From positions 10,281 to 74,280 of the forward strand of contig DF237414.1 of the NCBI GenBank assembly GCA_000708835.1: 64,000 nt of DNA. Direction: 5' to 3'. How positions within the stretch are numbered: the stretch's first letter is position 1; every line of letters starts with the position of its first letter. Positions 1 to 11,798 of this stretch are shown one piece after another. Under the pieces are notes generated by a model. That model saw nothing but the letters and a program-made list of their open reading frames with translations, was not told where the DNA came from and did not search any database. Source of the DNA: Klebsormidium nitens (taxonomy: Eukaryota; Plantae; Klebsormidiophyceae). A program made the position numbers and the translations under genes.

Positions 1-2309
1 CGTGTCCGCGTCCAGGGACTTGCTCTCCTTGTCATACCCAGGGAACCGCTTCTCGTTGTGGGGGATGTCCAGGCCACCGTCCAAGGCACCCTGGCAAAGG
101 ACAAGCAGAATGTCGTCAGCAGGTCTTTAAAAACTGTTCTCAATGTGCCAGACATTGTAAGCACATCTCGTGTCTCAAACATGACTCATGTCTACAAACG
201 TTACACAATTCTGTAACAGATAAGGGACCTCTTCATTAAATCCGATTATGCTTCCTCTCTGCCAAGCAGATGTCGGCGAAACCAGTTGTCTAGTTGCATG
301 ACCTCCCTGACTCCTTCCTCTTCGACCTTCCTGACTTCTTCCTCCTCAATAAACTCCCTGAATCATCGATTCCTTCCTCTTCAACAAATCCTCCTAAGAA
401 ACCAGCAACTGTGATTGTCTTCAAAAAGACACGTCACTTGCCCCCATCTTGACATGCCAAACAAGCAGAATCAAACCTTTTAAGGTACAAGGCAAGCAAG
501 CAACCGAACTTCCCCTCACCTTCAGGGCGCCGAACACGCGATTGCCGGTGGTAGTCCTCGCAAGCCCGACGTCCAGCAGGGCCGTGAAGGGGCGCTTCTC
601 CTCGCCGGCCTCGACGTTGTAGTCCTCGCCAGTGGCCTCCTCGTTACCCGGGTACATCTCATCGAGACCCAGCTTGTTCAACAAGCGGCGGGCCAAGAGC
701 AACCCGGTGCAGTAGGCTGGAAATGATCACGAGCAGTATCGGATTAATGCCATGAGAGACACAATCCACTGCGAGGGGGTTGGTGAGGCGCGCGGGGGGC
801 TTTGGGAGGAGGGAGGGGAGAGTTAGTGGGGGAGAGGCTCCTTAAGAGGCCAGAAAAAGTTGGATTTGCACAGCTTTTAGCAGTCACAGGAGCACTGGAG
901 CGGATGATTGGCTGCGCACTAAAGCACAACTTTTGCACACCCTAGCAACAGTCATTTGAAAACACAACATTCCTAAGCTACCCGATCCCAAAGTACAAAG
1001 GTGCTAAGTAACCTGAACAACCGACTTCTACAAGCCAAGAATATCTTTTTAAGGACTCCGCAAAGCACATGCCATCAGCAGGGCTTTTGATTCTTCTCCA
1101 CGTCCAAACAAATAACTGTACGGGAAGCTCTCTCAACCCGCGTTTTGGTGTCCACTCCGCCCGTAAAAGCAACCTGGTTGACTCACCAGCAGCGTAGTTG
1201 GTGAGGCCAATCTTGAGGCCATACCGGGGCAGCTCGTGCGCATAGGCGGCAGTCAGGACCACATCCCCCGTGAGCTTGGCGGACACGATCTGGGCCACGA
1301 TGTCGCGGTTGGTGAAGCGGACCACAAAGCGGTACTTGGGGGTGTTGTACTTGTTCTTGTCCTGGGTAACCAAGCGGATGCGCGCGCGGTAGTCGGTCTT
1401 TCCCTCTGAAATGCGAAAGAATGGGAGCAATATTGATATCCAGTAACACTGCAAGACTTGTTGCACGTGTGGCCATACACCAACCCATGTTGGCCCCCGC
1501 ATCCAGCTTACGACCTCAAAAGGCCCCTAAAATTGGGCCACCCCAAGCCCTACGGCACTGCTGCTTCCTTGCAAGTAGCTGCACTATGGGCTCTTCATGC
1601 AGCACATACCCCTCTGAGAACAACAGCGCAAGCAGGTGCCTTTGAATAATAAGTCTAGACATTTCAGTTGGACGCCATGACTTTTGCGCACAACCTGCTT
1701 AGCTAACCCATGGACAACCATTACCACTTCCTCACGCGGCCCAGTCACCTTAAGCTCTTGCCCCAGACAACCCAATTGATCTTTCAGCGCTCACAGGACC
1801 TAACAGTAGGGCCCAGGACTGCACATCCTTGTTCCATTCCCACTCTTACCATACCAAAGTGGTAATGGTCACAGGCGATCAGCACCTAACACAGAGCGAC
1901 GATTAAAAGCCAGCCTGCCTGTCCTGTTCAGCCCGCATACTCCGTCATTTTGCACCAGCTAGATTGGCAACATACCTCTGCGTCTGCGGTACTTGACCTG
2001 GAACCTCTTGAAGTAAGACCTGGTCTTGATGGTCTTGACGAACGCCTGCACATTGCGAAAACCCAGAATTACTCACACACTCAACCTGTTTCTATGTTTC
2101 CCAGAAGTTGCCACCAACTTATACGCCTGATATCCTGGCAGCTTGAGCAGTTGCAACCCCTCCTCACAGGACTTGCAGAACGCCCCACTTTCCAACGCCT
2201 AATAATTCTGCATCAAGCTACTAAACGTAGGCGAAAGCTTCGCTCCTGCACAGGACATTGGCAGCTAATCTGATGGCCATACGTACTGCCAGGGTCCACT
2301 CCTCACCAT
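1..2309 (-). CDS. RPL5: 60S ribosomal protein L5 (uL18); 3' end runs off the window
   Basis: Exons 2307-2309 (ATG then GTGAG donor), 1976-2045, 1187-1405, 520-716 and 1-90, all GT-AG and phase-consistent. Translation [36 protein letters not shown]...[15 protein letters not shown]...[28 protein letters not shown] is the canonical eukaryotic L5 sequence. Confidence 0.97.
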
Positions 2310-2581
2310 TGCGCCCTTCAAATGCGCCCCCCTGGCTGAGCGGACGTGAAAAGAGGGCGAGAGAAGCGGAGAGACCGCTCTTGTAAGTCAGTTTCTAAAA
2401 TTCGACTGTACGACGGATCGGCCGAAAGACGTTGGTTTAGCCTCCAAACGCGGTGCGAGTTTTATACGCGTACAGCATTTTCTCATCGCCAGGCGCGACG
2501 AACAGGTTCAGAAGCCCCACCTGGCTTTTCACTAAGTTTGCAGATCTCTCTTCGTCGACAGTGCTTCATAAGGCCATACTA

Positions 2582-3155
2582 TGTTTAGTAAGCTCAAGGT
2601 TTAGTAAGAACGAGCTATTAAACACTAAAAACCTAAACCCAAATAATCACTCGCTCCGCACCCGCACCCTAACCACCATACTAACCCTACCCGTCCCAGT
2701 ACTAAACATTGAGCTTAGGGTACCGTCACTTTGAAGTGGCACCCCCTTAGGTATTCCGTTGGGGGGGGGGGGCTTGGGTTGCTTCAGCCAACCATAGGCG
2801 GGGAGGGGGGGGGTGCTTGTGGCCTTTCACTTGGGGCGCAGCCCCAGCTGGATCCTAGCTATAGAGATTCCGCTTTTTGGTGCTAATTTGTCCTCGTTTA
2901 GCAGGTTTTTAGCCCACGGGACTGAGAATTAGGCCCTCGAATGCACCAAGATGCACTTCCCAACGTAAAAGAAGGGCAAAAATGTGTATACGACAGTGCT
3001 TTTCTGGCCCGGCTGGTGGCTGACCGGCCCGGGGCCTTGACCATTTTTGTGAAGACAAGGCCGGGAGGGGGGGGGGGCTTGTGACCCTTTGGCCAAAGTG
3101 CCTCTAAAATACCTAACCGGGTGCCACCTCAAAGTGACGGTACCCTTACTAAACA
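2582..3155. mobile_element. Small TA-flanked MITE (about 143 bp; Tc1/mariner/Stowaway-like by TSD) whose right TIR is split by a younger MITE
   Basis: Left TIR 2582-2606 TGTTTAGTAAGCTCAAGGTTTAGTA. Right TIR rebuilt from 2700-2717 plus 3149-3155 is TACTAAACATTGAGCTTACTAAACA, a 24/25 match to the reverse complement. TA lies at 2580-2581 and 3156-3157. A diverged copy of the interior occurs at about 61.7-61.83 kb. Confidence 0.75.
2718..3145. mobile_element. PIF/Harbinger (Tourist-like) MITE, 428 bp
   Basis: 27-bp TIR GGGTACCGTCACTTTGAAGTGGCACCC at 2718-2744 matches 3119-3145 with 1 mismatch and extends to about 38 bp with 3 mismatches. TTA target-site duplication at 2715-2717 and 3146-3148. 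No transposase ORF; the interior has poly-G runs. Confidence 0.88.
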
Positions 3156-3867
3156 TATTCTAGAGAACGATCATATTAAAATGATTCATTGTCAATTCTG
3201 CTGAAGAGAGAAGTTACTGGCACTGGCAATCACTCTAAATTGTAGTTGTCAGCTTGAGTGGCGCCTTGCTGGTCCTCTTCTGGCGTACTGCGCTAGTCAA
3301 GTCTACTTCTGCCGTTGTTGCAGTCTGGAGGGCTGCTCTGTGTAAGGAAGGCTGCTCTGTGTGTCACAAACCTGTGTCTAGCGACTCTGTTCTTGCCTTC
3401 AGAGGCAGGGCACCAGATTCCAAACGCTGGGGATGTGAGAGAGGGGAGTAGGAAAGCGGAGGGTTTGCATTCAGGGGAGGGCCAAGCAGATTCCTTCTCT
3501 GGAGAACTTGATAGAGAAGGGTCTCACCATTGGCGAGGAGCAGTACACAGCAATGAAAGTTGAGAAGATGTGCAACCTGGACTAGCCAGTGGCACCTGAC
3601 AGTGCTCCTTTGGCTGCATTCCCGTTCATGAATGTGCCTCTTCATGTGCAAACTTCCACAGCTAGCTGCAAGTAGGGTCCAAACACAGAACACTCTGGGA
3701 CACAAATGCGCGTCACGTAAATCCGAAAGGTCCAAGCAGAGAAACCTTACTGCACACCTGTGATCTAAAGCATAGTTAGGACTGTTGAAAACATGGTCCG
3801 GTAGAATCACACTCTGGTCGGATGATCTTTCAGAGAAGCAGCCCAATCGCGCAGCGTCCCTGTGTCG

Positions 3868-6800
3868 ATGCGCCCCTCGAAGGGAGGCCGCAAGGGGCGG
3901 CGGGCCCCTCGGGGGTGGGGCCCTTCCCACCAGCGCATCAACTGGCCTGCTGTCGTGTGCTGGCTCCTCGCAGTCCTTGCAGTCACTCTCTTCATCACTA
4001 GTGCCCCTTCAGAAACTCCCACGCTGTCGAGCCATGAGGGGCCAATGCGGGTGGAGCACTGGCGGAACGGAAGCACGGTGATTGTGGGGAGCGTTTCGGC
4101 GCCTGTGACTGTGCAGTACGATGAGGTGCGTGCCGCAACGGGGCGGCCAGATGGGGAGGCGGTGGACGTGTTTATGAGCAGCGACCAGCGGGACTTGCGG
4201 CCGATCGTGGTGGTCATGAACTCGACGCTTGTGCATACGAGGTGCGTGAACAGAAATATGCAGACAATTGTCAAGTTTCAGCATCATTCACACACGTAGT
4301 TCAGCAAATCGTTAAACACGTTGCAGAACCGACCGGTGGCATTTGTTTAATGCGTTCACTTGAGCGGGACAAATGCTCCATTCCAAGGAGCGGCAAGATG
4401 GTGTCTGCCTCGTGCCGTCAGTTAAGTCAAGGCCTGCGACCAAAACGGACCTGCCCATTTCTATGTAGAAACTTTCGTCCTCCCAGCTGAGATCCACCTC
4501 CTTTTCTTGCTCTGTCTTTTCTACCTCCAAGATGCCCTGTATGTGCCCCGTTTGAGTGTATATTACTAGTTAGCTTTAGCGCCTTCCGGAATGATCTGCA
4601 GGAAACAAGGTGTCTGGCTTGAAGGCTTCCGTTCTCCCCGCAGGTACCCTGAACGCCTGTTCTTTCATCTCATCCTGCCCCCAGCATATGCAGACTACGC
4701 TTCCAAAGTCCTCAGCCTCATCTTCCCCAACACTGCTTTTGGAATCAACGAGTAAGATTTTTGAGGCTTAACATTCTGTTTGTATATTTATATTTTTCGT
4801 CTAAAAACATGAAAGGATTGTACTTGGAACATACGAAGATAGTTACTGTCATGTCTTCGTGTAGAGGAAAAACACTTCGTACCTGGTCAGCTCTATTGAA
4901 GGCCAGAGGGGTCAGTAGAAAATAGTCCGTTCATCCGTCAACCTAGCTTTCTGTTTGTAGCTCGTTTTGTCCCTCAGGTCCGTGTTTATACATGCTCTGT
5001 GCCAACTGTTTTCGACCTGCTTTGTAGGACCTTGGCTGATGGTCATGTCTCGGTTTCTGCATCTTTGGTTCTTGAAGTCTGATGCACAACAAAGCAGCTT
5101 CACGCTCCTGTCACGGGCCTAATCTTCTTGTCATGTCACGAAAGTGGTGTCAAAGTCGCTCTGAACCGGAAGAGCAAAGTACTCAAGGTCATGATCCTTT
5201 CGATACGTCATGGAGAAAAGTAGTGCGGCTGAGGTAAAAGGATCCTGCAGTACACCACTTTACTGCAAGTAAGCGACAACTAAATTTGGGGCATGCTCAC
5301 AGATCCGGTGAAAGGAGAACGCTGACCCCCACACGGCTTGGGACTAAGCTTAAGCGCGCCCGACCGGTATGTACTTTGTCGACGACCAACGTCGATCTCA
5401 CCTACAGTCTAACGTTCGGGGCTACAGGTTCAAAACGTCTATGCTAGGTCGCCAGCAACCCGGCACGTCAAACCTCGCCGGCAGTGACGTGATCAAGCCC
5501 CCTTTCGCTCGCGCATAGAGCACCAAGCAGCTTGGGGGTCTGCGACTGCAAACTGCGGTCCGCATGCTCCTTCAATTCCGTTCTCAAACCACTTGTTTTC
5601 CCCTCAGGAACGCCGCCGACATCCACGCCATCAAGCGGCGGCTCGTGCGCATCAACGGCACGTACGTGCAGCAGGGCCTGACCAGCCTGTACGCTTACTT
5701 CCCGTACTACCTCCCGCACATCGCTCCCGGCCTGGAGCGGATAATTTATCTGGACACAGACGTCGTCGTCAAAGCGGACATCACCGAGCTCGCGGACATG
5801 GCGATGCACGGCTTCCCCTTGGCGGCGGTGAGCGAACGCGAAGCTAAGGCCGTTCAAAGTTAGATCCCGGTTTCCGGTCGCCAGCGGGCCCAAAGTCGAA
5901 GGATTCTGAAAAATAAGATTCATACAAAATCTCATTTTCACTCTTCCTCTCTGTCGGATAACGAGCTTGCTGGTGTTGTTCCCGTCGAGCAGACGCTCCT
6001 AAGATTCGCAGAATGCTCGTTTCGACCTTCACATCTGATACGGTACTACTCAGTCCAGAAGATGCTGAAAGTACGGCAATAGAAGGTCAGTCGAGAAATC
6101 TGGATTGAAGCTCTTCACTGATCTACCCAAGTCCCTGATCTTTGGTGTCCCACCAAGCTAACGTTCGTTTCTTTGAACAAGTAACACACAAGCCCCTTAC
6201 TGTGTATCAGTAGCGAAAAGAGTTTGAAGTTTGCTAGAAGGTTTACTACAGTTACCAGTTTCCGAAGCTCGGACGTGCCGTAGGCGGGTAAAGGACTGCT
6301 CGCAGACGTTCGGGCTGGTGCTCGAGTATTGCGCTCTACTGTACTCGTCCCTCTGGATTGAATCCCGTCTTATCGGATGACAAGCCTCCGTATGCACATG
6401 GAAATGGATGTCATTTATATGGTCGACGAGCCCTCCTCAATTTTTTAGTATAACAATCAGCGAAACGGAATTATGCCTCGAGCACGTGGAGGACTGCTCG
6501 CGGACGTTCGGCCTCGCACTCAGAGTTCCGCATTCTTTTGCTCTTCTCAACTTCCCTGTAACTTTACCGAATCCTGTTGGAAGACGAGCCAAAGTAGATT
6601 GCTTTCGACGAGCCCTCCGCTGGTTGCAGGCGATCGCAAAGGATCTCATACTCTTACGTTTGCTGGGTATGCCGTGTGCAGGTGGAGGACTGCTCGCAGA
6701 CGCTCGGCCTGGTTTTCGATTTGCGCACTTTTGCCGGACACACACTTACACTTGATTGGACTGGACGCACTCCACTTGCCGAGACTTCACTCGCACTCCA

Positions 6801-8176
6801 GTCACCAAAAGTTGAACGCACTTGACTTAGCCACGGACGCACGTTTCGCAGGTGGAGGACTGCTCGCAGACGTTCGGCCTGGTGCTCGACTTCCGCATGC
6901 TCGCGCACATCAAGAAGGACGCGGTCCCCGGGGAGCCCGGCCGCGAGTCGCGCTACGACAAGGGCGCGTGCAGCGTCAACCGGGGCGTCATGGCGGTGAA
7001 CGCCAACTTCTGGCTCATCAAAAACATCACCGGGCACATCGAATGGTGGATGGAGCACTCGGGGCGCGGCAAGGCGGCGCTCTACAGGTGAGGGGCTCAA
7101 ACGAGATCGATCCGCGTTTTCAGTCGGCGTTTTGCGAATTGTTGAAAAGAGGTTTAAGCACGTGGTTTTTGCGGCGATTTCCTACGCACCGAATCCTGCT
7201 TTCGTGTCGCCGAGAAGTGGCACACTTCGTAGTGCGTTGAGCGAGTCCGAACGTAGCATACGGGCTGACCGCAGCCTTACGTGTCACCTTGACGTGACGG
7301 CGTTGTTTCAATTAGAGTGGGCGATCTTTATCTCTGACGGCCAATCGGAAGGAATGCTGGCGATCTTCGAAGCAGATCGTTTAGCCCCCTTCTGTTGAGT
7401 TGGCGGAGCGAAGTCGATGTCGATGAGCCGGAATTCTGATCTACTGTCTTCGATCGACGGCGAGTACCTCAGCCGCTGTTGTCTGTTCCATGCGTTGAAA
7501 GCGGTTGTATCGGTCCCGATTGAGTGGACCGCTGAGCACCGAGCGCTTTGGCTTCGTCCCTTTGGCCGAGAAAATGAGCACGAGAGGGCTATCTGCCGGG
7601 AAACTCGGTCTTTGCCCGAGAGAGAGGAGGGCGCAGTTTCTGCGATCGCTATGGTTGATCGTGCTCCAAATTTTCTCTGTACAAACAATTTCATTTATTG
7701 TTTGTCGGACCTGCTTTACCCTGAGGTGTGCTTCTTCGTCGACGAAAACCCACTATGTTAATATTCTTTTTCCCACCGGCAGGTACGGACAGGCACAGCC
7801 CCCTTTTCTCCTCGCAGCCAACAAAAAGTACATGAAGCTGCCGTTAGAGTGGAACGTGCGGGGCCTCGCGCGGGACGAGTTTATAGGCAAAGAAAAAGAG
7901 GGTCTCGCGAAGCTTGGGTACGACAAGGATTACTTCGACAAGATAGGGGTCCACGGAAAGAAGCCGTTCGTCTCGCCGTTTGCAGACACGGCTCGCGTGT
8001 TGCATTTTAACGGGCGGCATAAGCCGTGGATACGAGGCCGGGATAGGGAGCCCGGGGAGCAGCCGCCCGCGCTGTGCGGCCAGCAGTTGGTAGATTGTGC
8101 GCAGCTTTGGTGGCAGTATCTGTCTCCAAAGGCGGAAGAAATCCTACTTGACTTGGAGAGACGACTAACTTTATGA
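3868..8176 (+). CDS. Glycosyltransferase family 8 (GAUT/GATL-like), type II membrane protein, about 443 aa
   Basis: Exons 3868-4241, 4644-4751, 5608-5827, 6852-7087, 7783-8176 sum to 1332 nt in frame. N-terminal hydrophobic anchor (VVCWLLAVLAVTLFIT), DxD motif in RIIYLDTDVVVKADI, and LEWNV and VLHFNGRHKPW motifs typical of GT8. Confidence 0.9.
6288..6730 (+). repeat. Three intronic degenerate copies of the 5' end of GT8 exon 4
   Basis: GTGGAGGACTGCTCGCAGACGTTCGGCCTGGTGCTCGA (exon start 6852) recurs at about 6292, 6486 and 6682, with spacing about 198/196/170 bp. Confidence 0.92.
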
Positions 8177-9182
8177 TTTTATCTTGACCAGCTGACGTGG
8201 CTAGCGGCATGATTCGACCCAACACCATTACAGCCCAATTTTGAAGAGGCTAATATTATGCACATGCCAATCTTTCAAGGCGCCAACCACAACATATGCC
8301 AGCCGCATACATGATGCATTGCGGCCGGGCCAACACGTGTGGGCCAGTGACCATGTTGCGTACCAGTGATTGGGTACATGCAAATAGTGGCTCCTCAGGT
8401 TAATTGAATTTACAATGCGCCGAGGTCACGAACTCGCAAATTTTGCAATACCGGCCGGACTTCAGCCCCTAGAGCTCAAATCTTGTAAAAGGAGGGTCAT
8501 CTCATATGTGCCACAGGCACCAAGTCTTCAATATCATTGGATGTATATGATAGATGTAACAACTCATGAAGTTTGCCGGTATCGTGCCTAAGAACTGATT
8601 GTAGCGTTTGATAGATTGTGATTGGATTGTAACAATCTCTCAGTTCCTGCATTCTCCGTTTTCGCAAGCAATGTACTTCAAAACAAGTCCCTGACTTGCA
8701 CACTTTCAGTTCATGGATATCAGCTGAGAAGGTGCTTTCGCTGTTCTTATGAGCAACTTATGATAGCATCTGTGGACCCTGCTGTAAATGGAGTCTCCTC
8801 AGTCCTACACCACCTCAGGTCCTAGGTAACGCCCGGTGTCAGTCTTACACCCATCATTGCAGCGCACTGCAACAACCTCTAGACTACCTCCGCCAGTGAT
8901 GTATCCAAGTGATCTCTTGGCACCATCTGCATCCTCGCAGTTCTTGCCACTACTTTCTCAATGTACGCGCAGGAGGATGCAGTAATCTACCTGTCTACCG
9001 AACCTCAGTAAGTCTGCCCCTGAAGATAATTATGCGTGCGATTGTCGTTTTGTACCCAGTCAAAAACACAAATCAACCCTGTCTGTCCCCTGAACAACAC
9101 AGCAAACACCTGTAGCTGTCCCCTCCTCCCTACTGCATCTCCACCTAGCTTGATACCTTCAGAAAGTTCCCAGCAGTGCCAC

Positions 9183-10842
9183 TCAGATAGCAAGATCTGC
9201 AAAGATATGTGTGGGAAGCATTGAGAAATGTAAGACATAGCCCTGCACTCTGGCCACAGAACCTGCGCACAGAGCACAATCCAGACTTCAGCTTCATTTG
9301 TGGCACCACAATGGCAACAAAGCACAAATTTGACTCAACAATGATCAGACATTAGAGTCTGCAGCCTGCAAGGCAACAGCTTGCTATCCTCTTCCTGCAA
9401 CTTGTCACAGACTTACCGATGTCTGCAGCCCTAGGACCCGCACACCTGAAGCATTCCGCTCGACTGGCAAAGTTGTGCTCTCCACAGTTGGTCCTGCACA
9501 GTCCAATATGTCAGCAGAGGCGAATTAAACAAATCAACACGTTCTGAACAAACTAAAAGATTGATGGTACAGGGACGTGTTTGGCAGGTTTCAGCAAGTG
9601 GCAGCATATTCCGACTTTGTGAGTGGTGGCACAATGTTTGCAGTGGCGATTGCGCTGCAGATCTTTGAGTTGTGAGCCTCTTTGGTATGTGACTTGTTCA
9701 TTTGCCATCATCAGCGCAGATTTGAGTTCGTCACGATGTGGAGAGATTGCCTTATCATTTCTGGCCATGAAGAAGAAGCCTTGAATCTGACAGTTACATT
9801 ACCACGTTGCAGAAAGTAGAGCGGCTTTGAGGACAGCACGCACCTGGAACAGATCCAATCGCCTGGCTTGAACCCCTGCTTGCTTATCTTGCTGTTCTCT
9901 ACCAGCATGTCGCCACTTCCACCGACCTTCGGAACCATGCACTTGAAGCAGCTCTGGCGACTTGCGAAGTTGTGCGCCCCACAAGCGGGGTTGGTGCAGA
10001 ACCTGCGAAGAAAGTGAGGCGGCATAACCACCAGAATGCACCAATACATTCTCATGTTCAGAGTTATTTGGAAAAGATGATCTTGAGACCAAAATGATTT
10101 GACCACCTTCTTTGATCCGTGAAGGAAGCACTTGCAAAATGACATAGAAACGAACGAGCTTAGCATGCTCAGTCCACATTTGACAGGATGGTTTGGCTGT
10201 GGATAGCCTGTGATTTTGTGAATTGCATAACTCTTAGTTTCCAAGACCACTTGAGTGGTATGACTGCACTGAATGTGGCAACTCCCCAAGAACTTGCACA
10301 AGCCTGCTGCTTACCAGTCACCAGGGCGGACATTGGAAGCCATCCCAACAGCATCTCCTACGCGTTGCTCCATAGCAAAGTTCCCCATAGGGCCTTGTTG
10401 ATACTGCAGACCCCAAGTCCCCTCTCCACCACTGGCATCATCAGCCATAAAGCGGGGCGTCTGGCAAAGAAGGAGGAGGGTTTTAGTTTTTGATGTTTTT
10501 CAGGATGCCTTATAACATGGTGGTAGAACACTTCTGATAAACCTTCTAACAAGGTGGTAGAACTTTTCTGTATACCATTCAATCAGCAATGGGCAAAAAG
10601 AGACTGAAATGCAGGTAGAGTCCCATTCAGGTTACCACCATGCAATGAGAGAAATGCAGGTTGTAATCATCAATCAAATTTTTGGAAAATAGATGATTAG
10701 AATGCAAGAAGTATCATGTCACAATGTGTGCCACTTTTCTCACCTGGCACCGCTGGCAGGCATCACGGCGCGCGAAGTTCAAGTGCGTGCACTGGGGACA
10801 ATTCCAATCCCCAGCCTTCTTTATCTGAGCTGACTGAGACAT
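9183..10842 (-). CDS. Triple RanBP2-type zinc-finger protein (plant SRZ/At3g15680-like), about 186 aa
   Basis: Exons 10744-10842, 10315-10460, 9844-10002, 9417-9493 and 9183-9262 (last exon least certain), phase-consistent. Three W-x-C...C...N-F-A-x-R...C-x2-C fingers: GDWNCPQCTHLNFARRDACQRC, GDWFCTNPACGAHNFASRQSCFKC, GDWICSRTNCGEHNFASRAECFRC. Confidence 0.88.
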
Positions 10843-11798
10843 GCTGAGCTGACCAAGCTATCTTTGAGAGTGGCCTCCGTGATGCTTGTGACCGCTCCCA
10901 AGCTTCTGACAGCCTGCAAAGGCTGCCAAAGACACACTAGTGGAATGCGCAGGAACCCTGCTCCAAAGCTCCTGCCTGCGCCTTCCTGCGCCTCAGACAG
11001 AGCGTCTTCAACTTCAAGTTCTGAAGGACGAAACAGTGCTCTAGCAGCTCAGAAGCAATCAAAGAACGAATGTGGTGTGAAAAGCCCACCTGTGCACCTG
11101 GTGCTAGCGACTGGCACACGCCACTGACAATGCACGGAGCAAGGCTGGCACGTGACTGGCAGCGAAGACAACTGCCGGCTAGGTAAAAAGCGAAGGAAGC
11201 AACATTGTACCCAGATCAGCTTGCCTAGGCATCGAACGGTAGCGCGAATGAAGTTGCTTGATCGAACGGCTTCAGAGCTGTTACAACTGAAAAGGGTAGT
11301 TTTCATTCGCGTTAAAGCGGCATTCAAAATCCGTTCGCGCCAAAATCCACTCAAGTTCTGGCACTGCAGTCTGGACTGCCAGCTGGCGCATTTGGGCCTG
11401 TTCTCATTCCACTTCTGATGTACTGAGCTTTCGACACTCTGCTCAGCATTCAGAATCAAATGTGGGCAAAGCAGCAGCTGAGGCTGCTGATCCAGTGATT
11501 GGAACAGGAAGCCTGAACTTGGGGGTTTGAAGTGCGGGCAGAAGACGAGGAGGAGTTGGTTGTTGAGAACAGGGGCGAGGCCCATCGTTATCAGTCGTGA
11601 TCAGGTTCAGGTTTCCGGATCATGGTGGATGAAACCAGCTCCCAACCTTTGAGAGTCCCCGTTGAGATGCAACTGCAGGTCATCTTAGAAGCAAACCACC
11701 GTTTATTTGTAAAGCAGTAATAGTTAAGAGCTTAGTTGGCAACTTGCTCTCTCTGAGCAGAGACTGGTCCCTGGTTTTGTGTCTATGCACAGGCCAGC

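Noticed and set aside
91-1975. Intronic snoRNAs in RPL5 introns, and an acidic coding-like purine tract at about 300-400
   Set aside because: No convincing box C/D pair with terminal stem or H/ACA structure found by eye; the tract is a short local duplication without splice sites in frame.
6288-6890. Repeat-spacer pattern resembling a CRISPR array
   Set aside because: The repeats are degenerate copies of a coding exon start inside a spliceosomal intron, spacers are about 160 bp, and there are no cas genes in a eukaryotic locus.
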